Source of the DNA: a virus
Strand: one strand, 5' to 3'
Virus record (IMG/VR): IMGVR_UViG_3300009702_000003
Coordinates: 1-46,543 of that record
DNA: 46,543 nt
The position numbers were made by a program, and so were the translations under genes. Shown one piece after another: positions 21,885 to 31,183 of the stretch. How positions within the stretch are numbered: position 1 is the stretch's first letter; every line of letters begins with the position of its first letter. Under the pieces are notes generated by a model. The model was given only the letters and a program-made list of their open reading frames with translations. It did not search any database and was not told where the DNA came from.

Positions 21885-22151
21885 CTAAAGAACTGTTAGG
21901 GTGTAGAGTACAATACCAAACAGGAGTGTAACTAGAGCAGACCATACTGTACGTTCAAACCAGGTATACCTTTTCAGAATATGTTCTAGTTTGCTCACTC
22001 GTGTTGTAAGGCCCTCCTGTCCATTTCCACGCAGGAGGGCCTTTATCTCATGCATCTCTTCTTTCTGGTTTGCAAAGTATTCCTTAGCTAAGATACAGTG
22101 GTCTCGTAACTCTGTCTGTAATACTGCTATAGACACCTTAGTCTCTTCCAC
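21885..22151 (-). CDS. Coiled-coil protein with a C-terminal TM helix (holin/spanin-like candidate)
   Basis: The C-terminal TM is VWSALVTLLFGIVLYTLTVL. It lies immediately upstream of the hydrolase gene. Confidence 0.45.
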   Translation of the reverse strand: MEETKVSIAVLQTELRDHCILAKEYFANQKEEMHEIKALLRGNGQEGLTTRVSKLEHILKRYTWFERTVWSALVTLLFGIVLYTLTVL

Positions 22152-22153
22152 TG

Positions 22154-22453
22154 TTAACTGCCCATGTCAAAGGTTAGTCGAGTACTTGCCTTATTAGGAT
22201 CACGTCCAGAAACTGACGCCAATGGTGTGTCTTTCCAGGGGTCTTCATCTATGACTACAGACTGCACACCTGTCCTGGGATTAGTGTGTACCATTCTTTC
22301 AGGTCTAGAGTATGGTGCCTGTAACCAGACCAGGACAGCTTCCTTACCACAGTTTGGGCATGTAACAGAATGCCTGTCTTCATACCTTACCGACTTGTCA
22401 AACACTACATGACATTTTTCATTTGTACATTCAAAGTCATATAGGATACTCAT
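22154..22453 (-). CDS. FmdB-family (CxxC_CxxC_SSSS) zinc-ribbon protein
   Basis: The N-terminus is YDFECTNEKCHVVFDKSV...VTCPNCG. AGGAG lies 9 nt upstream of the ATG. Confidence 0.7.
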   Translation of the reverse strand: MSILYDFECTNEKCHVVFDKSVRYEDRHSVTCPNCGKEAVLVWLQAPYSRPERMVHTNPRTGVQSVVIDEDPWKDTPLASVSGRDPNKASTRLTFDMGS

Positions 22454-22530
22454 TGTGCATTGCTCCTGTTTCTTAACTACTCATAAGTCATCATTTAGAC
22501 ACCTGTTAACCAGGTAATTAATCAGACTTG

Positions 22531-25500
22531 TTATTTAAGTGATCCAAGGCTGCCCAAGCCTCCAGAACCTCCAGTTACTCTAGAGGACCTTTGTGCTCTA
22601 TTCTTGGGTAGTACACTAGTCTTACCAGCTAATATTGCTCCGATAGCTTTCTGGCTGTAGCCCTGTGCTGCTAGCTCTCTTGCTACTTCTAAGTTAACAG
22701 CACCATTAAACCCAGGCACTGGTGTCATGAGCATAACAGCAGCATCCCAGGCTTTAGAGACCTTGTTAACATCATACTGGCTTACCTGTCCACTGGTTAA
22801 GGCATTTCCAGCAATCTTAGTAGCAGCAACTGCACCACCAACTACATCTGTCCCAGCAGAGGGGCCAAATGCACTGGTAATAACAGGACCAAAGAAGAAG
22901 TAATTACTGATGTCTGCACCCAAAAGTGTTTTAGCAGCAACCACAGATAAGACAGAACCAACAACATACCGGGAAACATTAGCTTTAAAGGGTGTCTTGG
23001 GAATGTTCTGCAATGGTTTAGAAAGCTGACGTTTGGTGCCACCTATGAACAAGTCGGTATAGTTAGCTCCCCAAGTAGTAAACATGTTAACAAAGTCACT
23101 TTGCTTCATAAGGTCTGGTCTGTTAAACCTACTGTATTGCCAGTTGGTAGTAATGTTGGAACCAATGGCATCTAACATTGCAGCAGACTCTATATCGCCT
23201 TTTGCTACCATGTCAGCTACATGGTCATTAAACCCTGCATGAGAAGAATTAGGTACATAGTTTTTACCTTCCTCCATAACCTGTAGGTATTTGCCCAGAC
23301 CAACCTTGATTCTATTTATTCTGTCAGCAAGTCCAAAAGCAGTTAGGAATGAATTGACTATGTGCTCTACCTTAGTAAGGCCACTGTTAGACACCCCTGC
23401 AAATTCTGTTGAGTCCAAAGTTACAGGTTCAAGGGGCTTGGCTGTTGACAGACCCAAGTCTCTGGCAAGGGCCTTTCCTTCTGGAGTCTTGAAATACTCC
23501 AAGCCTCTCTGTTGCCATTTCAGGGGAGTTGCTGTAGAACCAAGAGTTGGTGCCTGTAACAGGTTCTTAACAACAGGAGAAATGGCAGGCAAGCCAAGGA
23601 ACTTAGCAAAGAGTGCAGACATGTGCAAAGAGGAGATTCTAGTAGCAAGCTCGTCTGACATCTGTACCCCAAACTGCTCACCTACCTTCTTGATGCTTCT
23701 TGCAAAGAACCTTATAGGTTGATTACTCCTAGTTAGATTGTACTCCACCAAGTTTCTGACAGCCTGTGCTACCTGAACAGTTGGCTTTACTCTGAACTGC
23801 TGCAAAATGTTTGTTCTGACCTCTGGTGTTTCAAACTCAATTGTTACAGGGCCACCTGTTTTAACCTTGGGTATAGGTACTCCAAGGCTACCTTCTGGTT
23901 TTGTAGGATCTGGTACAAAATTGTCAACTGCATCTTGGGTAACCAGCTTTTGCACTGCCTCTGCATCTGCTTTTATTTCCCCAGTTCTGGCAGGTTTCTT
24001 TACAGGACTGAGAGTTATGGACTCATCTGAAATCTTTTCTATCATGAACAAAGCACCAGGGGCAGTAGAGTTTCCTTCCTGGGAAAGAAGACTGCTCACA
24101 GCATTTCCTGCTTTGGACATACCCGCAACATCTGATGCACTGGACAAAGATGGAGTGCCTGGAGTAGATTCAGCAACAATGGTTGGCTGGGGCTCAAAAG
24201 ATATCTGAACTCCCTCTGTCAAGCCTGTGTGAAAACCTTGTTTTCTAATCTTGCCCTTTGTAGCATCTTGTATGAATGCTCTGTCTGCTGTAACACCCTC
24301 TGTGAATTGTCGGACCAGAGCCATGCCCATTGCTTCAGCTCTGGAATCAAACAATTTATGAGCGATAGAATTTACATAGAATAGGTCCATTCTAAAAGGA
24401 TCTCTATGAATCTTTTTAAGCTCGTTTAGGGAAAGGTTCTTTTTGCGTGACATGTCAAAGAACCAAGACCTTGGTCCTGCAACTGCTGGGTTTACTTTTG
24501 CTTCATCAAATGTAAAGTCAAAACCATTGCTCACAGCCCTGGTGACATAATCAGGTACAAACTGTTCATAGGACAAACCATCTGCACCACCAGTTTCTGC
24601 AAGTACCTGATGTAAGCTATCCATGACATAAGCACGTTTGGATAATCTAGTAGTAAGGTCAGCTACAGGATCTTGTACATCTATACCATTATCCTTATAG
24701 TAGTTTTCTATAGAAGTCCTCTTATACTCTGCAGCTATGCGAACTTTAGCTTCGACTGGTAACTGTGACAACTGTTTTTCAGTAAGAGGAATACCAGACT
24801 GTAGAGTTTGTTCTCTAAGGAACCTATTGTGTTCTATAATGTCCTTGACACTTGACCTGAAAAAGAATGAAACATTTGCAGCCTCTGGAGTCTTGGGCTC
24901 ATTAGTGAAAAGACCTAGGTCACCATACACTTCTGTATCCAGGAAGCCCCGGACACTTGTTGTAAACCTCTTGCTAGCACTTCCAGTCAAAGCCATAATT
25001 TCTGGTAGACCGGTACTTTCTAGCTTTGCAAACTGTACACGTAGACTTCCCAGTAATCCTGTAGTTACCCTTGGCCTTTGTAAATCGTGATAGTTGAACA
25101 AATCAGGGCTCTTGTAGATGTCATATCTTTCTAGTAACTTGAAGAATTTACTAGCCCAAGGCATTACGCTTTCAATATTCATACGCATAATACCAAGCTT
25201 CTTAGCAGTAACAGGCTTAGGCAGTTTTGGTACAAGAGAACTATCAGTCAGCTGTTCTGGAGTCAAGTCTAGGTTTCCAGGGGCACCTGTTGTAGACTCT
25301 TTTGCACCAACTAAATCTATTGTTGAAAGTACTTCTTTAGGAACCTCTGTTGCAAGATTCTCAAACAGTGCTGTACTAGACTGTGTGTGGTAGTTAAAAG
25401 CAACTGCCTCTGGGTACTCATTTAGTGCAGGATCTGGAGCAGGAAAAGAGTCAGATGGAGTATCAACTGGCTTTTTAGAAACTACAACCTTGACACCGTT

Positions 25501-26856
25501 TGGCTGCCTTGCAACTGCAGAGTCTCCAGGAACTGTAGTACTAGCCTTGTCAAAGACAACAGGCCCAACAGTACTAACCTTGACTTCTGGCACAACCAAA
25601 GTTTCTGGACCTACAAGATCAGGTTTAGCAACGTTTACTTTAGACCCCTCAGTAAGTATGACACTAGTTGCAGGTTCTTCTACACGGCCTAGCATTTCTC
25701 TTGCTACAGGACCAAGCTTGCCAACGTTATTTATAGCATCTGACCAGAACTTGGGTAGCTTCTGTACAGCAGACTTGATATTACCCGTTTCTGGGTCGAG
25801 ACCTGTAACACGTCCCGGTGCAACTACCTCACTATAGGCTGGATTGGGATGCAAAACTTCTGGAGAATCAAGTGTAAAGAGTTCTCTGACAAAGCCTGTC
25901 TTGCCAAAGAGTTTACCCATACCCTTTGTAACGAAACTAGCACCACCCTTAGCAAGTGTTATGTTTAACACTGTACCAGGTATATCATACTTGATAGTCT
26001 GTACAGGGTGTATAACAGCCCGTGTAAGGCCCCCCAAGACTGAAATAGGTATACCAACCAGGAGTTTACCACCTTCACCTATAGTACCAAGTGGAGTCCT
26101 GGGACCATCTCCTTTACCCTTACCTGTTATTCTCAGTTTGTCATCATAAGAAGTCAGGAGCTTTGCTACATCCTTGCCAATGCCGGGGAGGCTAGACATT
26201 CTCTCTACCTCATCATCTAGCATTGCCCTGACATTAGTAAATCCATTGGCCTTAGCCTCAAACTCCAGTAGGCTTGCCTGTTGAGATTCTGGCATAACGA
26301 TTGCTGAGCCTAGACGACCTAGATTGTTCAAGAACCCAGCAAAACCTATACCAAGATCAACAGCAGAGCCTACAAATGATCCAAAGTTTCTAGGATCTGT
26401 CACATCCAAGAAGATCCTATTGAACCAGTTAGCTACATTATTGCCCTTGAAAGGCATAAGCTTTTGGTAGAGAGCAGGATCATTTTGCTTTAGAATGTCC
26501 CAGATAGGTGTTCTGGGATTAACAATCATAGCATTGATTGTAGCATCATTGAACTTAGAAGGAGCATTCTTCAAGACAAGAGAATTAGTAGCAAGTTCTA
26601 CAAAGGAACCACTAGCAGTCCGTGGATTGAACCCTGGTGGAAGCTTACTATAATCCTTCTGCAATGATTGAATATCAAGAGCTGGGGGTAGGAAAGATTT
26701 ACTTGTGAAGTCGGGGGAGAAGCCTTGTGGTAGATTTGCAGGACCACCCTTGTCCTGATTAAACTGGGCTTGGGTTATGTCCTGGACATCCTTCTTAAAC
26801 TTCTTACCTACCTGACCACCTAGTAATGATCCAATAGGGGGTATTCCTAATGGCAT
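22531..26856 (-). CDS. Giant internal virion / ejection-type protein (1441 aa)
   Basis: It is the largest and last of four consecutive virion-type genes. Size and position are analogous to T7 gp16-class core proteins. No catalytic motif recognised by eye. Confidence 0.5.
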   Translation of the reverse strand: MPLGIPPIGSLLGGQVGKKFKKDVQDITQAQFNQDKGGPANLPQGFSPDFTSKSFLPPALDIQSLQKDYSKLPPGFNPRTASGSFVELATNSLVLKNAPSKFNDATINAMIVNPRTPIWDILKQNDPALYQKLMPFKGNNVANWFNRIFLDVTDPRNFGSFVGSAVDLGIGFAGFLNNLGRLGSAIVMPESQQASLLEFEAKANGFTNVRAMLDDEVERMSSLPGIGKDVAKLLTSYDDKLRITGKGKGDGPRTPLGTIGEGGKLLVGIPISVLGGLTRAVIHPVQTIKYDIPGTVLNITLAKGGASFVTKGMGKLFGKTGFVRELFTLDSPEVLHPNPAYSEVVAPGRVTGLDPETGNIKSAVQKLPKFWSDAINNVGKLGPVAREMLGRVEEPATSVILTEGSKVNVAKPDLVGPETLVVPEVKVSTVGPVVFDKASTTVPGDSAVARQPNGVKVVVSKKPVDTPSDSFPAPDPALNEYPEAVAFNYHTQSSTALFENLATEVPKEVLSTIDLVGAKESTTGAPGNLDLTPEQLTDSSLVPKLPKPVTAKKLGIMRMNIESVMPWASKFFKLLERYDIYKSPDLFNYHDLQRPRVTTGLLGSLRVQFAKLESTGLPEIMALTGSASKRFTTSVRGFLDTEVYGDLGLFTNEPKTPEAANVSFFFRSSVKDIIEHNRFLREQTLQSGIPLTEKQLSQLPVEAKVRIAAEYKRTSIENYYKDNGIDVQDPVADLTTRLSKRAYVMDSLHQVLAETGGADGLSYEQFVPDYVTRAVSNGFDFTFDEAKVNPAVAGPRSWFFDMSRKKNLSLNELKKIHRDPFRMDLFYVNSIAHKLFDSRAEAMGMALVRQFTEGVTADRAFIQDATKGKIRKQGFHTGLTEGVQISFEPQPTIVAESTPGTPSLSSASDVAGMSKAGNAVSSLLSQEGNSTAPGALFMIEKISDESITLSPVKKPARTGEIKADAEAVQKLVTQDAVDNFVPDPTKPEGSLGVPIPKVKTGGPVTIEFETPEVRTNILQQFRVKPTVQVAQAVRNLVEYNLTRSNQPIRFFARSIKKVGEQFGVQMSDELATRISSLHMSALFAKFLGLPAISPVVKNLLQAPTLGSTATPLKWQQRGLEYFKTPEGKALARDLGLSTAKPLEPVTLDSTEFAGVSNSGLTKVEHIVNSFLTAFGLADRINRIKVGLGKYLQVMEEGKNYVPNSSHAGFNDHVADMVAKGDIESAAMLDAIGSNITTNWQYSRFNRPDLMKQSDFVNMFTTWGANYTDLFIGGTKRQLSKPLQNIPKTPFKANVSRYVVGSVLSVVAAKTLLGADISNYFFFGPVITSAFGPSAGTDVVGGAVAATKIAGNALTSGQVSQYDVNKVSKAWDAAVMLMTPVPGFNGAVNLEVARELAAQGYSQKAIGAILAGKTSVLPKNRAQRSSRVTGGSGGLGSLGSLK

Positions 26857-28466
26857 TATTGGTTAGCTCCCTGCTGAATCATTTGTAACAACTGGTTAGC
26901 ATACTCTTCCAAAGACAGCCCAGCCTGTTGTGCAGCCTGGTTCAAGTTAGCAACAAAGACTTGTACTTCCTGTTGTGCAGCTTGTATCTGACTTGGGTCT
27001 ATCTTGCTAAACTGTGCAGCATATGCAGAAGTAGAACTTGTGGGGTCTTGTAAAAGAGCCTTACTATTGGGCTGTCCTTGATCATCTACAGAAAATGCTC
27101 CCTCAGCTACAGTCTTAAGAATGATGTCTGGAGATGTGGACAATCCCAAGGCTTTCATTAGAGGACTTTGCAAAGCAGGGAAGGTACTACCATCAAACAC
27201 ATTATTCCTGAATGCTGGGCCACCCTTATCAAACTCTTTGTCTGTAGAATCTGGTAAGATACCAGCACTGACAGAAGCACTCATTTGTTCTAAGGCTGCA
27301 GACTCTGTTGTCTTAAGCTGCTTAAGAATCTCGTCTTGTCCAGTCTCTTTCAGTAATCTGTTGAACTCGTCTTTCACACTAGTAAGCTCTTCTCCAGAAA
27401 CAGCTCTTCCTATCTTCCCAGACAAGAAGTCTAATGCTTTCTGTCTAGTTTCATTATCATCTTGGAAGAAGAAGTCAAAGCTAGTTCCAGTAAAACCTAC
27501 ACTAGTTGATCCGGCAGTTACAGCTGTCATAAGAAGTTTCAGTTCATTAGACACTTCAGAACCTCTGAGGTCTAGAACACTCTTCATTATGTCAGAAATG
27601 GCTAACCTTGTTTCTTTAAACACAGCTGTAGCAGTGTCTGCCGTAGCTTGTGCAGCCCTTGTTGCTAGAAGTGAAGCATTGGCTTGCTGATAATTAAGCT
27701 GTGCTTCCAAAAGGTTTTGTTTAACCCTTCTGTTTTCATTCTCTGTAAGGTTCTGGCTATTCAACAGTATAGTTTGTGCTCTTGCAAGGGCTATGTCCCC
27801 TCTTTTAACTGGTGCATCAAACTCTCTTGATACAGCTAAATTATGCAAAGCCTGGTTACCTTGTGTCTCTAGTATTCTTCTCCTGGTGTTAAACGTAGAC
27901 TGTAGAAAAGACGTGTCTACACCTTCCTTGGTAGCTCTAGCTATGACCTCTTTCTCTTGTGCACCTAAGAGTCCTATCTGTCCTTGCATCTGTTCAGTGG
28001 TCAGAGAACCACTCTGCAGTATTCTATCCTTAACTGTAGCTTTAGAAACTGTTGCAGTATCTTGAGTTATAGATGCAGTACCAGAAGCAGTCTGGGTCTC
28101 TGCTCTCTTTCTCTTTAGAGCTAATCTGTTGTTTCTAGCTATTGTTTGGGAAACACTACCTATCTGCTCAGAAGTAAAAGTTCCTGGGAATCTGTCTTCT
28201 AAAAGACCTTGTATAATTCCAGGATCTGTCTCAAGGTTTAGGACATCGTCTTGTGTTTGAACCTTACTCTTGGCAGCAGCCTGTGCACCAGCTACTCTAG
28301 TTTGTGCATCTGCCTGGGCATTAGCAGCAGCTGTCTGAATCTGTATTTGATTATCCCTAGCCAAATTGGCAAAGAATCTCTGCTTTTCCAAATCCAGCTT
28401 TGCCCTGGTATTATCAGATGTAGCCTGACCAAGGCTTTTTAGAAGAAATGCTAGACCTAATGACAT
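26856..28466 (-). CDS. Internal virion-like coiled-coil protein (536 aa)
   Basis: The sequence is Gln/Ala-rich with long helical stretches. It shares 1 nt with the start of the next gene. Confidence 0.5.
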   Translation of the reverse strand: MSLGLAFLLKSLGQATSDNTRAKLDLEKQRFFANLARDNQIQIQTAAANAQADAQTRVAGAQAAAKSKVQTQDDVLNLETDPGIIQGLLEDRFPGTFTSEQIGSVSQTIARNNRLALKRKRAETQTASGTASITQDTATVSKATVKDRILQSGSLTTEQMQGQIGLLGAQEKEVIARATKEGVDTSFLQSTFNTRRRILETQGNQALHNLAVSREFDAPVKRGDIALARAQTILLNSQNLTENENRRVKQNLLEAQLNYQQANASLLATRAAQATADTATAVFKETRLAISDIMKSVLDLRGSEVSNELKLLMTAVTAGSTSVGFTGTSFDFFFQDDNETRQKALDFLSGKIGRAVSGEELTSVKDEFNRLLKETGQDEILKQLKTTESAALEQMSASVSAGILPDSTDKEFDKGGPAFRNNVFDGSTFPALQSPLMKALGLSTSPDIILKTVAEGAFSVDDQGQPNSKALLQDPTSSTSAYAAQFSKIDPSQIQAAQQEVQVFVANLNQAAQQAGLSLEEYANQLLQMIQQGANQ

Positions 28467-28476
28467 ATAGTAATCC

Positions 28477-30114
28477 CTAGCCTATCTGTGGGTTCAATCC
28501 TGTAGTGAGGAATAGGTTTAGCAAGAACTCTTGCAAACCCTGTTGAAAGAATGTTCCCTCCCTAGCAAGATCTAGCTTACCCTGCTCTATACCAAGTCCA
28601 CCAAGACCAAGTACTTTTCTTAGAGCCTGATCTTGTTGCTGGACACCTAGAGTTCCCCTGCCAAGCAAGTCTTGTAGGTCTATACCAGCAGAACCAAGTA
28701 TCTCCCTAAGCCTTATGTCTGCCAAACCAGTATCTCTGTTGGTAAGAGCACCAATAGCATTTGTTGCATTCTGTTCAGCAGCAGCCCTGTCTTGTATAGC
28801 AAACTGTGCTGCACTAATCTGTAGTCCTGTCAAAGCATTTAACAGGTTAGTCTCACTACCAGAAGCAAGGTTTGACAAGAACTTGGCATGTCTGCCTGAC
28901 CCAACATTACCACTGACATTCAACTGGCTTGCAGCAGTCTGTGCAGCCCTTCTACGTGCTATAGCAGAAGCTTCTGTCAACTGATCTACATTAGCCTGCA
29001 GTACATCAGCGGGTATGCCAAAGTCACCTGATAAGAGCCTATCAGCTGCAAACTTGGAGAGAACCTGTACCAACTCATTGTTTGTATCAGCAGTACCACT
29101 AGCATTTAAGACAGAGCTTTTAGTGTCAGTATTAGGAACATCCTGGTTAGGTCCTGGATTTAGTGTGTCTATAATTACTTGGGCAGGCTTTGCAGTACCT
29201 GATAAGATACTGTTCACAACAGAGACAGAATCTACGCTGTTGGGGGCTATAGTATCTCCACCTAGAGATCCTGTACTACCAGACCCTGTACTGCCAGAAC
29301 CGGTATTGTCACCATTTCCCTGATTACCAGTTCCGCCATTGTCTGTATTAGTAACCTGATTAAAGTTACCTGACAGGACATCTTGTAAGAACTGAACAAC
29401 TCCAGGGTTTAGGAACTTGTTATCTCCTGTACTTGCATCTAGTAAAGCTTGTATCTGGCTAAGACCAATATCAGCATTAGGATTACCAGATATTTCCTGT
29501 GGTGATAGAACACGACCAAAGATAGCCTTTTGCAGTCCAAGGTTCTGGTTAGTAGACAGACGAAGCAATAGGTTTGCTAATCTTGTCTGGCCTTGGTCAT
29601 TCAATGTAGATGTTAAGTCAGAGCCCAGGCTAGCTGTAATATTGCCCTTACCAGTACCGCCCCCACCAATGTCTAGCAAACGCTGTATAAGGGTACGCTG
29701 TGTGTCTCTTTCAAAAGATGACAGGTCAAGACCTTGCAAGAAGGGTAAGTCTACAGTAAAGTCCCCAGGCCCAAGTACTCCAAGTAATGCTTTGCGTAGC
29801 CTGTCAGGAGCATTCTGCCCAATGTTACCACTTGCAAAAATCTTACCAAGGTCATCACCAAAGGTAATGAGAGGCTTGTTTAGTACAGGGTCTTGGTTAC
29901 CCACAAGGTCTTGCTGTGTCAAGTTGTCCAATACAGATTGTGTTGTACCTCCAGAACTGTCTACTGTCTTGGTACCAAACAATTGTCTAGCAAGCTGTCT
30001 TTGTTCCCCTGCTGAAAAGAAACTGAAGTCTCCAGCCTTACCCGCAGCCCTAGCATTACGTCTGTCTTGCCCTGCTGTAAACTGGCTTAAGAGTGGTGTA
30101 AAAATACTGGGCAT
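28477..30114 (-). CDS. Internal virion-like protein (545 aa) with a Gly/Ser/Asn low-complexity linker
   Basis: Central tract GGTGNQGNGDNTGSGSTGSGSTGSLGG. The call rests on its position in the virion-protein block. Confidence 0.5.
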   Translation of the reverse strand: MPSIFTPLLSQFTAGQDRRNARAAGKAGDFSFFSAGEQRQLARQLFGTKTVDSSGGTTQSVLDNLTQQDLVGNQDPVLNKPLITFGDDLGKIFASGNIGQNAPDRLRKALLGVLGPGDFTVDLPFLQGLDLSSFERDTQRTLIQRLLDIGGGGTGKGNITASLGSDLTSTLNDQGQTRLANLLLRLSTNQNLGLQKAIFGRVLSPQEISGNPNADIGLSQIQALLDASTGDNKFLNPGVVQFLQDVLSGNFNQVTNTDNGGTGNQGNGDNTGSGSTGSGSTGSLGGDTIAPNSVDSVSVVNSILSGTAKPAQVIIDTLNPGPNQDVPNTDTKSSVLNASGTADTNNELVQVLSKFAADRLLSGDFGIPADVLQANVDQLTEASAIARRRAAQTAASQLNVSGNVGSGRHAKFLSNLASGSETNLLNALTGLQISAAQFAIQDRAAAEQNATNAIGALTNRDTGLADIRLREILGSAGIDLQDLLGRGTLGVQQQDQALRKVLGLGGLGIEQGKLDLAREGTFFQQGLQEFLLNLFLTTGLNPQIG

Positions 30115-30119
30115 TCTAT

Positions 30120-30629
30120 TTATCCTCCACCAGTGCTACCAGAACCTATAGTTTGTAGCAAAGTGTTTAGAGAGTTGTTTTGCAAAAGACTGTTTAAGAA
30201 TAGTCCTGCAGCCCCACCAAAGCCTTGTGCAGCAAGCAAGTTTCTTTGCTGCCCTAGACCTGCATTCTGGGATGGAGCCTGTCCTGCTCCGAAACCACCA
30301 ACAGTTCCCAGAAGGCTCTGCAAGATAGACAATCTTTGCAAAATTGGTAAAGCAGAGCCCTCTACATTCTTAAACTGTTTTCTTGAAGACTTACCCTTAC
30401 CTGCTTTCTTACCATTGAAGAGACCTATTTGGCCAAGAGCCTGTGATAGGAAATCTGACAGGAAGGTTTTGTCACTTAGAACATTGTCTAGTAATTGCCC
30501 AAAGCGAATACTAGCTTCTGTCTGTGCTCTTGATTGGTCTTCTAGTAAACTGTTCTTGCCTCCACCACTGAACAGTGAACCAAGGAGAGAAGCACCAAGA
30601 CCAGCTATTTGTAAACCCGATGATGGCAT
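30120..30629 (-). CDS. Small Gly-rich virion-like protein (169 aa)
   Basis: Gly/Leu/Gln-rich sequence. It is the first of the four-gene internal-protein block. Confidence 0.45.
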   Translation of the reverse strand: MPSSGLQIAGLGASLLGSLFSGGGKNSLLEDQSRAQTEASIRFGQLLDNVLSDKTFLSDFLSQALGQIGLFNGKKAGKGKSSRKQFKNVEGSALPILQRLSILQSLLGTVGGFGAGQAPSQNAGLGQQRNLLAAQGFGGAAGLFLNSLLQNNSLNTLLQTIGSGSTGGG

Positions 30630-30632
30630 TCC

Positions 30633-31175
30633 CTATACTCTCTTTCTCATTAGTTTCTTCCATTCTGGTAAAGTTAGTCTCCACAAAGTCTGGTCTTGTG
30701 GACCATCCGGTGTCCAAGCACTTGCTTTCTTTACCGTTTCTTTTACAAAGCCTGCTGCTTTAGCTATGCTGTTTGCTGGCTTATTCCATTTCATAGGTTG
30801 GAATTCTAACCTGTAAGCACCCTCTGAGAAAAGATACGCTTGTATCAATTCCAGGGCTTTAGTGCCATAACCCTGACCTTGGTATGCAGGCCCTAATGTT
30901 AAATGCACATCTACTACCCTATTCTTAGTATTTGGCAGATAGAACAAAGTATAGCCTATTGGTGTCTTTAGAACCTCTTGCTCATCTGCTAACCATATAG
31001 CTAAGAGTAATAGGTCCTTACCTTTGTATGTTGCCAAACTTTCTAGCATATTCTTAGCTGTAAGGATTGGCAAACTTCCTCTACCAAAACCTGTCTTGTG
31101 ATTTAAGTCTTCATCCTCATGCCATACTTTGGCTACTTCTATAAAGGCTGTACTAGGCTTTCGTAAGATTAACAC
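30633..31175 (-). CDS. GNAT-family N-acetyltransferase (RimJ/RimL-like)
   Basis: The acetyl-CoA motif A is QGQGYGTKALE, followed by RLEFQPMKWNKPANSIAKAAGF, typical of Acetyltransf_3 proteins. A GTG start lies 8 nt after the tail-fibre stop. Confidence 0.8.
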   Translation of the reverse strand: MLILRKPSTAFIEVAKVWHEDEDLNHKTGFGRGSLPILTAKNMLESLATYKGKDLLLLAIWLADEQEVLKTPIGYTLFYLPNTKNRVVDVHLTLGPAYQGQGYGTKALELIQAYLFSEGAYRLEFQPMKWNKPANSIAKAAGFVKETVKKASAWTPDGPQDQTLWRLTLPEWKKLMRKRV

Positions 31176-31183
31176 TTGTATGC

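Noticed and set aside
29230-29330. The Gly/Ser/Asn/Thr low-complexity tract (GGTGNQGNGDNTGSGSTGSGSTGSLGG) in the 545-aa virion protein as a possible hypervariable or DGR-type target.
   Set aside because: There is no reverse transcriptase and no template-repeat copy elsewhere in the window. A flexible linker is the simplest explanation.
27121-30816. Long + strand ORFs antisense to the internal virion genes (27121..27690, 29417..30151, 30133..30816), and similarly 41253..41996 antisense to the portal gene.
   Set aside because: The translations are Ser/Pro/Cys/Leu-rich and lack ribosome-binding sites. They run opposite to the uniform gene direction of the arm, which is typical of shadow ORFs produced by sense-strand codon bias.
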